DNA of 64,000 bases from positions 1 to 64,000 of the forward strand of contig CAWBKP010000011.1 of NCBI GenBank assembly GCA_963789395.1, written 5' to 3'. Source of the DNA: an uncultured delta proteobacterium (GTDB lineage: Bacteria > Desulfobacterota > Desulfobacteria > Desulfobacterales > Desulfatirhabdiaceae). Below, in pieces: positions 22,354 to 32,018 of this stretch. The stretch's first letter is position 1. Each line of letters begins with the position of its first letter. Both the position numbers and the translations under genes were made by a program. The notes beneath the pieces were generated by a model, which did not search any database, was not told the DNA's origin, and was given only the letters and a program-made list of their open reading frames with translations.

Positions 22354-23301
22354 CTACAGTGACTTGAGCTGATCCACGAATTCGGGGAAGAGCTTGAACA
22401 GCGGATGATTGGGATCGGCAGGAAGTCGCTTGGTTTCCGCATAGACGGCCGTTGCAAGAAATGCATCGGCCATGGCGACCGCAGGTACGATCCGATCGGC
22501 GCCGGCCATGGGGCCCGAGAAGATCATGTCATGATACATATAAGCGGAAAGGGCTTCCAGTGCGGCATCGGCAGCTGCCCAACCTTTGAATCCCCACATT
22601 TCCCGGGCTTTTTTCCACATATAGGAGCCATTGGAGGGGGCAGATGCGGTCGGGAAACCCCATTTTTCCTTGATCAGTTTGTTGGAAAGGCCGCAAAGCG
22701 CCGTGGCCGGACCGTTCATGACGGATGTGTCGACAAAAATGCTTTCAAATTTGGCGCCGACTTTATCGATGACATCCAGGATTTTCTGTGTTCCGGTAAT
22801 ACGTCCGGAAGGCATCTGGTCGGCCTGGTCAAAAGCGACCAGCAGAACGTGTTTGACGCCGATCTTTGCGATCTCCCGCACCTCTGTTTCCAGGTCCTGC
22901 TCCCACACCGTCAGACTGTTGTAAAACATCCGGTCCAGAAGGCCTTTTTCCGCGCAGTAGGCAGCGCCTTCCAGTTTGGGTTTCATGACCCAGGCATCAA
23001 TACAAAAAGGCATGGACGTATTGGCAACCACAAAATCGATGAATTTCTTGAATTCTTCTCCGGTGTTGGCCACGATATCCGCCATGGCGGGGACGCCGGT
23101 TTCTTTCCAGAGCCGTTCCTGATTCTGCAACAGCGCGGCAGCACTGGCTTCATTGAAGCCTTCCTTGCGTTTGCCTTCAAAAACCTTGTCGCCTTTCTGA
23201 AAAATGGAAGAACACACTACGGTGGGATATTCACCCGGCTGTCCACCGAATTTTACACATCCGACCTCACACACTTTCTGTTTTGTATCAAACTGAAACA
23301 T
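22354..23301 (-). CDS. MtrH-family methylcobamide:pterin (THF) methyltransferase
   Basis: MFQFDTKQKV, FGGQPGEYPTV, PFCID, YNS; stand-alone, with no other mtr subunits. Confidence 0.88.
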   Translation of the reverse strand: MFQFDTKQKVCEVGCVKFGGQPGEYPTVVCSSIFQKGDKVFEGKRKEGFNEASAAALLQNQERLWKETGVPAMADIVANTGEEFKKFIDFVVANTSMPFCIDAWVMKPKLEGAAYCAEKGLLDRMFYNSLTVWEQDLETEVREIAKIGVKHVLLVAFDQADQMPSGRITGTQKILDVIDKVGAKFESIFVDTSVMNGPATALCGLSNKLIKEKWGFPTASAPSNGSYMWKKAREMWGFKGWAAADAALEALSAYMYHDMIFSGPMAGADRIVPAVAMADAFLATAVYAETKRLPADPNHPLFKLFPEFVDQLKSL

Positions 23302-23497
23302 AGATCACCTCCTGAAATTATTGTTACGAAGCGGAGAGCATCCCCGCATGCATCTTAGTGAAGGTTAACGCTCTTATAGACAGACGGATCATCATCCGAT
23401 TTTTCGTTTATACTGAGACCCTTCCAGTGGATCCACGATCGGCGGAAAAACCCCAGAATAGATTAAGATGCACTATATCAAATGAATCTTCATTATT

Positions 23498-23625
23498 ATA
23501 TCGTCCAAAAGATGATTTTAGAAACAATGTAAAATATACTTAAAAAAAACGAATCGAATAATGATTTCTTCATACTCTTATACAGATTCTTTTTTTATTT
23601 TCATATCATCCAAAAGATGATTTTA
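23498..23625. promoter_or_regulatory. Two copies of a palindromic operator upstream of the mtrH-like operon
   Basis: ATATCGTCCAAAAGATGATTTTA (23498-23520) and ATATCATCCAAAAGATGATTTTA (23603-23625); core ATCATC-N5-GATGAT. Confidence 0.65.
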
Positions 23626-23826
23626 ATTCATTAAAGTGGAGATTCATCGTGAGGGCATGAATGCTGTTTCATCTATATTTACAGATAATTAATGAATGTT
23701 TCAGAGCCTGAAATGATTTGACGTATTCATGCGCTCATGCATTCGCACCCCTGACGATCAGGCCAATTTCATTGCCGGAGGTGAGTCCAGGTGGGATTCA
23801 TGAATGCATGGTAAAATGGGTATTCA

Positions 23827-24489
23827 CTATATCTCCGGGTCAACAAGACCCAGCTGAATAGCGATATGGACAAGCTGAACAGGGGATTTTGCAACGAGTT
23901 TTTCCATGATTTTGGCACGGTGGGTTTTGATGGTGCTCAGACTGACGCAGAGCATATCGGCAATGGCCCGGGTGGAGTGGCCTTCGGCAATAAGCTGGAA
24001 TACCTCTCTTTCCCGGTTGGAAAGCAGCTTGAAACGATCTTCCCGGGACGTGTTTTTATTGGTGGAGTGGCTGATTTCGGCCAATCGCTTGGAAATGGCC
24101 GGGCTCAGGAATGTTTTGTTTTTCAATGCATCATCAATGGCCTTGATAATGTCACGGCCGGAGGAATCTTTCAGCAGATATCCGGAAACCCCCACCTCCA
24201 GCAGTTCATGGATATAGTGTTCGTGGGAATACATGGAAAGAATCAGAATCTTGGTTCGGGGAAGCAGTTTCCGTATTTTTTTAGAGGCCTCGATTCCGTT
24301 CATCTTGGGCATGGCGATATCCATGATGATGACATCCGGGTTCAGTTTCTCGGCCATTTCCACTGCATCCCGTCCGTTCACGGCCTGGCCGACGACCTCC
24401 AGCCCGGGCTGGTCCGACAACAGGCGGGCCAGGCCCTGCCTGACGATCGTATGGTCCTCGGCTATCATGACTTTAATGGGGTCTGTCAT
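23827..24489 (-). CDS. NarL/LuxR-family response regulator
   Basis: AEDHTIVRQG, MDIAMP, LSNREREV...TIKTHR. Confidence 0.93.
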   Translation of the reverse strand: MTDPIKVMIAEDHTIVRQGLARLLSDQPGLEVVGQAVNGRDAVEMAEKLNPDVIIMDIAMPKMNGIEASKKIRKLLPRTKILILSMYSHEHYIHELLEVGVSGYLLKDSSGRDIIKAIDDALKNKTFLSPAISKRLAEISHSTNKNTSREDRFKLLSNREREVFQLIAEGHSTRAIADMLCVSLSTIKTHRAKIMEKLVAKSPVQLVHIAIQLGLVDPEI

Positions 24490-26761
24490 TTTGAACCGCC
24501 TCTTCCAAAGGGATTTCCACCCGAATGCGCACGCCGAGTCCCGGCCTGCCAAGCAACGAGAATGTCCCGCCCAGTTGAATGGCCCGTTCGCGCATACCGA
24601 TCAGGCCCAGACTTCTTTTATCATTCCCGCCGATCTGACCATCGAAACCCACACCGTCATCCTCGGCGGAAAAAATAATCTTGGGGTAGCTTTTGATGAT
24701 GGAGAGTCTGAATGTCTCGGCGCCCGAATGTTTTAACGTGTTGGTGAGCGCCTCCTGGCTGAACCGGTAGAAAACGGTTTCAATATCCGGTTTCAACCGT
24801 TTATCAAATCCCACCATGCGAAAATCAATATCAAGATCGGAGCGGGCGGCCATCTCCTTGAAATAGAGATTCAGGGCCGGCTCCAGTCCCAAGTCCACCA
24901 GGAGGGTGGGATGAAGTCGATACGAAAGCCCCCGGATCTCCGAAGACGTCCGTTGGACGAGTTTTCGGATCTGCGCAATTTCCGCAAGCAATTTGTCCGG
25001 GCTTCCGGCAACATGCTGCTCCAGCCGATCCAGACTCAACGATACGGCGGTCAAGGCCTGACCCGCCTCGTCGTGAAGTTCCCGCGCAATTCGGCGCCGT
25101 TCTTCCTCCTGGCTGAAAAACAGCATCTGGGTCAGACGGCTCAACTCCTGCTGGTGAAGGTTGATTGCTTTCATGAACTGCGAGTTGGCGATCGCACCAC
25201 CTAGGAAATTTCCCAGTGAACCAAGATGGCGATATTCGTGATCGCTCAAAATGCGGTTGAAAGGAATGTCCAGGCCAAAAAATCCAATGCTCTTTCCTTT
25301 GAATGTAATCAATATGCAGGAAAGCCAGGGGACCTTTCTGCCATCTGCAGCCCTGTATCTGGCTTTGAAAACGGGAAATGTGGGTTCGGGGTCCAGCAGG
25401 CCGACAGGGTTCAGGAGATGTTTCCGCAGTTCCGTATCCTTGAGCATTACGCCCTGACTGTCGCCCGGATCGGGAACAGGCAACCCCAGGCTGGCTTCCA
25501 GCCTTGCGGTGTGCGTCTCGTGGTCGATCAAGAAAACGCCGCCGCGTTTTATCTTCAGAGAGCGGATCACGTTTTTCAAGGTCACATCCAGAATGTGCGG
25601 AACGTCCATCGTCAGGTTGATGGCCACGGCCACACTGTTCAATACGGACAGTTCCAGATTCCTCTGCCGGATCATCTGCTCTGACTGTTCCCGCTTGGTG
25701 ATGTCCTTGATGATTCCCTCGAACTCCGTTTCACCGGTAATCGAATTTTCATATTTCCGGCTTGAAATTAAAACACGGACAAGAGAGCCGTTCTTTTTGA
25801 CAAAATCCACTTCATAATCTTTTGCGTACCCTTCGGATTCAACCCGCCGGATAAATCTGTCACGGTCTTTGGGATTGCGATAAAGTTTACTTGCATGATC
25901 GAGACTCAGGACCTCTTCCTTACCCGAATATCCCAGCATTTCCACTCCCGCATCATTGATCTCCAGAATTTTCCCTTTGTTGTTCGTGGTGTAAATCATA
26001 TCGTGGCTGCCTTCGAATACACGCCGGTATTTTCGTTCACTTTTTACAATTTCATCCTGCAGTCTGTGGATTTCCGTGATATCCTTGAAAATCTCGAGCC
26101 CGCCGATGATCTTGCCGGAAGCATCCCGAAAAGCCGTCGTAGAACACATGATGGGAATTTCCCTGCCCTCGATATTGGTGATCACATATTCCCGGTTGTG
26201 GATATCGCCACCGATCTCGCAGGCGCGTTTCAGGGCGCAGTCTGTTTCGCAGATCTTGTTTTTGAACACATCCTTGCAATACATTCCTACGGCGTCGGCA
26301 GCCGGAAAACCGGTGATTTTTTCCGCCGCAGGGTTAAAATAGGTGATCCGCAATTCTTTATCCGTTGTAAACAGGCCATCCGGAATGCGGTTCAATATTT
26401 CGACAAAGCTTTCCTCTTTCTGGTAAATCTTTTCCAGAGCGTTGTAAATGTAACGGTGGACCTGAGACGCCAGAAAATCGTCCCATCCTCCAGGATGTTT
26501 TTTCCCCCTTTTCTGGAAATAACTGCAAGTAAGGCACGTGGAGATTTTCTGATAAAAATCCCCTTCGGTTTGATCCAGACAATGCGTCTGCGGAATGTGC
26601 CAGCAATCCGCTTTGTCTCGGCCATAAGCCGGACACAGCACTCTGGAGCAGGAAAGCAACTCCCAGCAGGCTGATTTTTCGCAATTCTTCTCGACGGTGC
26701 AGGAGATTTTATGTTGATGACTTTTCAGCAATGAACTCACAAACTGTATCTCCTTTTGCAC
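24473..26761 (-). CDS. HisKA_3 sensor kinase with a Cys-rich N-terminus, two PAS domains and a GAF domain (start uncertain)
   Basis: EERRRIARELHDEAGQ, QEALTN, DDGVGF, GLIGMRER; CWELLSC..CPAY..CWH. Confidence 0.9.
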   Translation of the reverse strand: MQKEIQFVSSLLKSHQHKISCTVEKNCEKSACWELLSCSRVLCPAYGRDKADCWHIPQTHCLDQTEGDFYQKISTCLTCSYFQKRGKKHPGGWDDFLASQVHRYIYNALEKIYQKEESFVEILNRIPDGLFTTDKELRITYFNPAAEKITGFPAADAVGMYCKDVFKNKICETDCALKRACEIGGDIHNREYVITNIEGREIPIMCSTTAFRDASGKIIGGLEIFKDITEIHRLQDEIVKSERKYRRVFEGSHDMIYTTNNKGKILEINDAGVEMLGYSGKEEVLSLDHASKLYRNPKDRDRFIRRVESEGYAKDYEVDFVKKNGSLVRVLISSRKYENSITGETEFEGIIKDITKREQSEQMIRQRNLELSVLNSVAVAINLTMDVPHILDVTLKNVIRSLKIKRGGVFLIDHETHTARLEASLGLPVPDPGDSQGVMLKDTELRKHLLNPVGLLDPEPTFPVFKARYRAADGRKVPWLSCILITFKGKSIGFFGLDIPFNRILSDHEYRHLGSLGNFLGGAIANSQFMKAINLHQQELSRLTQMLFFSQEEERRRIARELHDEAGQALTAVSLSLDRLEQHVAGSPDKLLAEIAQIRKLVQRTSSEIRGLSYRLHPTLLVDLGLEPALNLYFKEMAARSDLDIDFRMVGFDKRLKPDIETVFYRFSQEALTNTLKHSGAETFRLSIIKSYPKIIFSAEDDGVGFDGQIGGNDKRSLGLIGMRERAIQLGGTFSLLGRPGLGVRIRVEIPLEEAVQNDRPH

Positions 26762-27314
26762 GGCACAAGGGCTCTGCAGCCAAAAACGTAAAACACCCGT
26801 CCGGATAATCCTCCCCGTAAAGCAAGTCCATGAAAGCCGCTGCTACGCCTCTTAACATAAAGCATTTTCCGCTTTCGGCAATTCCATGCCGTTTCAGATA
26901 ACCGGCAGATTCGTATGATTCATGCACCTGAAAGTGGAGTTTCCTGCCCGGAACCAGATCAATCACTTTCATTTCCCCGCCCCACCCGAAGGCCGTGGCA
27001 ACCGCAAGAAAGCCTTCGATCTGCTCATCGACCGTTTCAAGCATGGGCTTAACCAGTTCCTCCCATTCCCAGGATTGCCGAATGCCATGAAACGTGGCAT
27101 AGCCGCATTCCTGCGCCGCACCGATGAGCAGTTTTTCGGCTTCTTTGCTGCGGCGTTTTCCCATCCTGGCTAAAAAATCGAACGAGACGATATTGTAATA
27201 GGATGTAAAATACAAAGACAGGTAGACCCCGAACAAGGGGAGAATGCCTTTTTCATCCCGGATTTTACTCCCTTCCATAATTGCATGCGTAATTTTCAGG
27301 CTGTCAATGGCCAT
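26709..27314 (-). CDS. V4R-domain protein
   Basis: AFGWG, C-terminal EPLCRAKGDTVCEF. Confidence 0.75.
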   Translation of the reverse strand: MAIDSLKITHAIMEGSKIRDEKGILPLFGVYLSLYFTSYYNIVSFDFLARMGKRRSKEAEKLLIGAAQECGYATFHGIRQSWEWEELVKPMLETVDEQIEGFLAVATAFGWGGEMKVIDLVPGRKLHFQVHESYESAGYLKRHGIAESGKCFMLRGVAAAFMDLLYGEDYPDGCFTFLAAEPLCRAKGDTVCEFIAEKSST

Positions 27315-27843
27315 GCTGCCCCCCTTTTGTCCGGACATCGAACTCACAAAAGGCATTGCGCATCATTTTACAGCCCATTTCCCGTACCTGAAAATACCCG
27401 ATGGGCAGATCGTAAATGGCTTCCAGTACCCCGGCAATCCATCCCCGGGTAAAATGGCAGCCGGGTGTTTTTCGTAGGCCATGTTTGGCCAGCCACCCGG
27501 TCACGTGATGACTGGATGGGCTGACGATTCTGCCGCCACTCGGGCCCACATTCTGAAAATTGATTACCCCCAACCCGCAGTGCTGATAAATCGAGGAAGC
27601 AAATTCGAGTTTCGACTTGTCGCTTCGGATCCGCTGATATTCCTCCAGCATGATTTTGAACCCTGTGTAAGTGGATTCTTCGGCCGCATGATACATCAGT
27701 CGAACGCCTTCCTTGCCAAGGACATCTTCAAGCATTTTATTCAGGTTGATATTGTAGTGGTGGCAGTGCATGGCAATAGGGATATCGAACAGTGCCACCC
27801 GGGTTCCGACGCGTTTCAGTTTGTGTTGCCAGTCGATGAACAT
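27304..27843 (-). CDS. V4R-domain protein
   Basis: GLG, CHFTRGWIAG, EMGCKMMRNAFCEF; N-terminal MHCHH. Confidence 0.75.
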   Translation of the reverse strand: MFIDWQHKLKRVGTRVALFDIPIAMHCHHYNINLNKMLEDVLGKEGVRLMYHAAEESTYTGFKIMLEEYQRIRSDKSKLEFASSIYQHCGLGVINFQNVGPSGGRIVSPSSHHVTGWLAKHGLRKTPGCHFTRGWIAGVLEAIYDLPIGYFQVREMGCKMMRNAFCEFDVRTKGGQHGH

Positions 27844-28129
27844 GGTCCGGCCTTTTCCGATCTGGTGACAGGTTATTGAAAATGGTTGCTCACAAGTAAC
27901 TTACTTTATCTTCTATTGCAATTGGAATCATGACAGGACAGTACCGGATGGACTGTTTGAAGCTGGCTGGTGCTCCCCTGTCTATTGGGATCGTCACGGA
28001 TTCAACCAAAAATATTCTTGACTCCCACTATCTCAGGTGCTACCCATATACTATACGAAGTGTCTTATTCTCTGCCTTGAAATGTCCTATAATGAAATCC
28101 CAACCACACCCCCATAATAAGGAGGCATT

Positions 28130-28561
28130 ATGTCCGAAGCATTGATTGCATATTTTAACAAACAACCTAGAATCGGCACCCTGAGCACGGCGAACAAGGA
28201 AGGTAAAGTGGACGTTGCTTTTTTTGGCTCTCCGAGCATGATTGATGAAAAAACCATCGTCATGGGACTGGGGCATAACCGTACTTTCGCCAACCTGAAT
28301 GAAAATCCCAATGCGGTGTTCATGATCATGGAACCCGGGGAGACTCCGCAGCAATGGAAAGGAATACGGCTTTATCTCAAGATGACCGCATGCGAAACCT
28401 CAGGTAACAAGCTCTATGAAATCCAGGGAAAAATCGGCGCCAAGGTGGGAATGGAAACCGCCAAAAAAATGATCCATGCATATGTGGCGTTTGAAGTCGT
28501 TGAAATGCGGCCCGTGGCTGATTTCGGACAGAGCTGGAAGAAATCCATCGGTGCGGAATGA
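28130..28561 (+). CDS. Pyridoxamine 5'-phosphate oxidase-like FMN-binding protein
   Basis: LSTANKEGKVDVA, RTFANLNENP, KGIRLYL; AAGGAGG RBS. Confidence 0.8.
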   Translation: MSEALIAYFNKQPRIGTLSTANKEGKVDVAFFGSPSMIDEKTIVMGLGHNRTFANLNENPNAVFMIMEPGETPQQWKGIRLYLKMTACETSGNKLYEIQGKIGAKVGMETAKKMIHAYVAFEVVEMRPVADFGQSWKKSIGAE

Positions 28562-28632
28562 TTCGGCAACAGCTGTAAAGAAATCTGTTTGACTTCAACC
28601 ATTCGTAATATATCGCTGAAAGTTGAGCAATA

Positions 28633-28854
28633 ATGGAAACACATCAGGTCATTGTCTTTAAACCCTATCCCTTCAAGATCGGTCAGAAGATCTGCATTGA
28701 CGGCGGGCATCGTAAAGGAGACTGGGAGGTCATCGGCCTGAGCGATCGAAAGGTCAAATTGCGATGTCCTGTTTCTTTCAGAGAATTTGACTGGGACATC
28801 TTCTGCTACTTCGCCGAAGAAGACGCTGACCGCATCTGGCCGAACCGGGAATAA
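28633..28854 (+). CDS. Hypothetical protein
   Basis: 73-aa ORF in a co-oriented cluster. Confidence 0.55.
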   Translation: METHQVIVFKPYPFKIGQKICIDGGHRKGDWEVIGLSDRKVKLRCPVSFREFDWDIFCYFAEEDADRIWPNRE

Positions 28855-28859
28855 TCATC

Positions 28860-29078
28860 ATGACAACAAATCAGCCTCCGGTTTTCTGTGAAAAATATTG
28901 TGTGATCTGCAAAGGCGCCCGAGAGGGCAATTCCCTGTGCAAAGCACTTCAAAACCTCGAGTTGGCCCTCCTTGGGAAAAACGGCTGTTTCTGGGGAAAG
29001 GCCAGAACCCGGTATTACGGCGTGACGCCGGATCAGAAAATTCCAGTCGGTTTTGACTCTGAAAACACGCAACAATGA
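28860..29078 (+). CDS. Small Cys-rich hypothetical protein
   Basis: CEKYCVIC...C...C; stop overlaps the next start (ATGA). Confidence 0.55.
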   Translation: MTTNQPPVFCEKYCVICKGAREGNSLCKALQNLELALLGKNGCFWGKARTRYYGVTPDQKIPVGFDSENTQQ

Positions 29079-29982
29079 ACGCCTCCGGGTCAAGCTCCAG
29101 ATCCCTGGAGCGCGTTCATCTGCCATTGTTAAAAGGCGGGTTTCCCTTCCGGCTGTCCACGACATCCTGTGTCATCCCGGAATCCATTCTCGCCAATCTT
29201 CAGTTGTTAGGTCCCCACCTGGATGAAGTAGAGCTGGTATTCTTCGAAACCCGCAGAGAAACCAACTTTCCCTCATTTCAGGAGATCCGGGACATGCGGC
29301 AGGCGGCCCAAGACCTGGATATGACCTACAACGTGCATCTGCCAGGGGACCTGTTCTTCGGGGACCCGGCCCCATCCCTGCGATCGCGGTTTCACGAAAC
29401 CGTCCTGCGTTTCTACGAGCGCACCCTCCCCTTGGATCCGACACTTTACATCCTGCATCTGGACAGCCGAAGAGCCGATGGCGTCGTGGAGCCCGACCTG
29501 CACGCCTGGGCGGATCGGGTGGAGGGATCCCTGTCCGCCCTGATAAAAGACGGACTTGATCCCGGCCATGTGGCGGTGGAAAATCTGGAATACCCTCTGG
29601 ATAAACTGTTGCCGTTTGTGGAAAAAACAGGGTTAAAATTATGCCTGGATATCGGGCATCTTATTCTTTACGGCCATGATCTTCAGTCCCAATTGAACAA
29701 ACATGCTTTTCCCAAAGCGACATGATCCATCTCCACGGCGTCCACAAAGGCATGGATCATCTTGGAGTTCAGTGGATTTCACCCGATGACTGGGAAATGA
29801 TCAGCAGCCTTTTGGTAGACTATACCGGCGGGCTTTCCATCGAGATTTTCTCAATGGATGATCTGGCAGCTTCCCTTGACCGGTTAAATAACACACTCCG
29901 TAAGCAGGCTACGACTTCACGACTTCACCCGGAACTTGATCACGGTCAAGCTGACAACGGCATCCGTTTGAATACGAACTGA
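29075..29982 (+). CDS. cbiR: CbiR-like cobamide-remodelling phosphodiesterase (TIM barrel; frameshift near 29710)
   Basis: FPFRLSTTS, VELVFFE, YNVHLP, VENL, CLDIGH, IHLHG, DH; cobamide gene context. Confidence 0.65.
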
Positions 29983-29999
29983 AATAAGCCGGCGATAGT

Positions 30000-30797
30000 A
30001 TGGATCCTTATGACCCACAGGAGCTTTATATGGCTAAACTGGGTGTGGTGACCTGTCAGATATTGGAGCTGGAGTTTGCCCATGTGCTGTCGAACGACCC
30101 GGACGTTTCGGAGATCTGCGTCATGTCTGACGAATTTTCCCAGGAACTGATAACAGGGCTGGAAAATGATGCCGATAAACCGGTGCATCGGGTGGCAGGC
30201 GTAGAAGCGTTCGAAAAACACGAATCAAACGGACTTGCCGTCCTGATCCGGGTACTGGAAGTGGGGCTGCATGCCAACATCCCCAATCTAACGCACGGGG
30301 TGACATCGGCAGTTGCAAAAATGGCGCCTTTTGTGGATGCCATACTTCTGGGATATGGGCTGTGCGGCAACGCGCTGAAGAATGCCGACGAACTTTTCAA
30401 AAACGTTCCCGTGCCGGTGATGCTCCCGATGGAGCAGGAAAATCCCGTAGACGACTGTGTGGGGCTCATCATCGGGGGCAGGGAAAATTACTATGCGGAA
30501 CAGTGCCGGTGCGCCGGTACCATGTTCATGAATTCCGGGTTTTCAAGACACTGGGGGAAAATCATGTCCGGAAACATACCGGAAAAGTTGCTCCCCAAAA
30601 AAGACAAGATCATGAAACGTCTGATGGCAAACTACAAGCGCAGTCTTATTTTGTCCACCCCCGTTCTGGGAGAAGCCGCAATGCGAGAAAACATCCTGGA
30701 ATTCAACGAGAAATACAATTTAAAAACCGATACCCGTCCCGGAACCCTCACACTTTTATATGATGCCTGGGAAAAAGCAAAAAAGGCGACTCGGTAA
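30000..30797 (+). CDS. DUF1638 protein
   Basis: VVTCQILE, GLH, LGYGLCGN, DDCVG. Confidence 0.8.
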   Translation: MDPYDPQELYMAKLGVVTCQILELEFAHVLSNDPDVSEICVMSDEFSQELITGLENDADKPVHRVAGVEAFEKHESNGLAVLIRVLEVGLHANIPNLTHGVTSAVAKMAPFVDAILLGYGLCGNALKNADELFKNVPVPVMLPMEQENPVDDCVGLIIGGRENYYAEQCRCAGTMFMNSGFSRHWGKIMSGNIPEKLLPKKDKIMKRLMANYKRSLILSTPVLGEAAMRENILEFNEKYNLKTDTRPGTLTLLYDAWEKAKKATR

Positions 30798-30828
30798 GAC
30801 TATCGCCGGGTACGGCCAGTCCCTCCGT

Positions 30829-31470
30829 TTATTTCCCCTTGCTCCGGGCAGCAGCGGATTGAGACAGTTCCAATGCTTTCTGTAAAACCGTTTCCAGGGC
30901 GCTCAACGATCCCCGGGTGGTTTCCACCCGCCAGCCGAAAAGATCCGCAATTTTCCGTGCCTGTTCCCGCTGAAGCCCGATGTCGCCAACCCCGGTGTCT
31001 ATAAGCAGCGCCCGCTTATAGCCCTTCAACATCTTGCGGGCCACGGCCAGAGGATCGATGTCGCGTTTTGCCAGTCCGCCGGCCTGAATTTCTTTGAAAA
31101 TAAATGCCATGCCCAGTTCGGCCCAGCCCGGCGGAAGAAACCATGTCCCGGCTTCCTTGTAGAGCTCTTCCAGGTAACGCTCCTGCCCCAGCATCACGCC
31201 GATACAATCCTCTCCCGGAGGATACAGCACCGGTATTCTGAAATCATCCGGAAGTTTATCCAGCGCCTGACAACGACCGAATGCCAGGACAACAGCCGTG
31301 ACGTGATCTTCAAGTGCACGGATTCTTTCCACCAGACGGTTCAGGAGCAAGGACGGTTGAATATGAAGACCCCATTCCAGGATTTCAATCTGAAATTCAC
31401 CGGGAGAGCGCTGGATCAGACTCCGGACTTCCCGCTCCATCACCTGGCAGCAGAGAATGCCGATGGCCAT
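30829..31470 (-). CDS. DUF1638 protein
   Basis: ILCCQVMERE, GLH, FGRC, EDCIG, LIDTG. Confidence 0.8.
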   Translation of the reverse strand: MAIGILCCQVMEREVRSLIQRSPGEFQIEILEWGLHIQPSLLLNRLVERIRALEDHVTAVVLAFGRCQALDKLPDDFRIPVLYPPGEDCIGVMLGQERYLEELYKEAGTWFLPPGWAELGMAFIFKEIQAGGLAKRDIDPLAVARKMLKGYKRALLIDTGVGDIGLQREQARKIADLFGWRVETTRGSLSALETVLQKALELSQSAAARSKGK

Positions 31471-31471
31471 A

Positions 31472-31978
31472 TCACACCACCAGGACCATGCTGTACCAGG
31501 CCGGCAGCAGGCGCCCCTCCGGATCGAACTCCACCTTGAACCCCAGCGGTGCGATCGTGGCCCCGATATCGATCCCGTAGGCGTCCATGGAGGGCCTTGC
31601 CAGATGGGGAAAACGACAGGGCTCCGGATAGGCGCAGGTCTCACACTGAACGCACAGCACCATTGCAAAGGCAAACGGGCTCTTGCTGACCAGCATGGCT
31701 TCTTTTTCAATGGCCAGCGTGACATCCTGGCCTTTCTGAGGGTCTGCCGTCTGAATGATCAGTGCTTTGGAATACTGGGCAAAGGCTTCCATGAACTTCT
31801 CCGGAGAGATATTCAGGTGTGGCGGACAGGTCCAGTATCGGCCCCAGCGGTTACACCCGAAGCGGCATTTCAGATAGGAGCGGGGATCAAAGACGATCGT
31901 TCGGGTATCGATGAGTCTGGCATCCAGCGCACCCAGATCCAGGGCTTTTTGCACCAGAGGCTGATAGGTGTCGGTCAT
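31472..31978 (-). CDS. DUF2284 protein
   Basis: KCRFGC...CPP, CVQCETC..PEPC, RPSMDAYGID. Confidence 0.85.
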   Translation of the reverse strand: MTDTYQPLVQKALDLGALDARLIDTRTIVFDPRSYLKCRFGCNRWGRYWTCPPHLNISPEKFMEAFAQYSKALIIQTADPQKGQDVTLAIEKEAMLVSKSPFAFAMVLCVQCETCAYPEPCRFPHLARPSMDAYGIDIGATIAPLGFKVEFDPEGRLLPAWYSMVLVV

Positions 31979-32018
31979 GGAAAATCCTTTCGCAAATCAG
32001 GTTGCAGAGGTCCGGCAA

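Noticed and set aside
22405..23358. Long antisense ORFs (also 18031-18894, 19129-20049, 32637-33581, 48104-49069)
   Set aside because: They are shadows of well-supported genes on the opposite strand and have no motifs.
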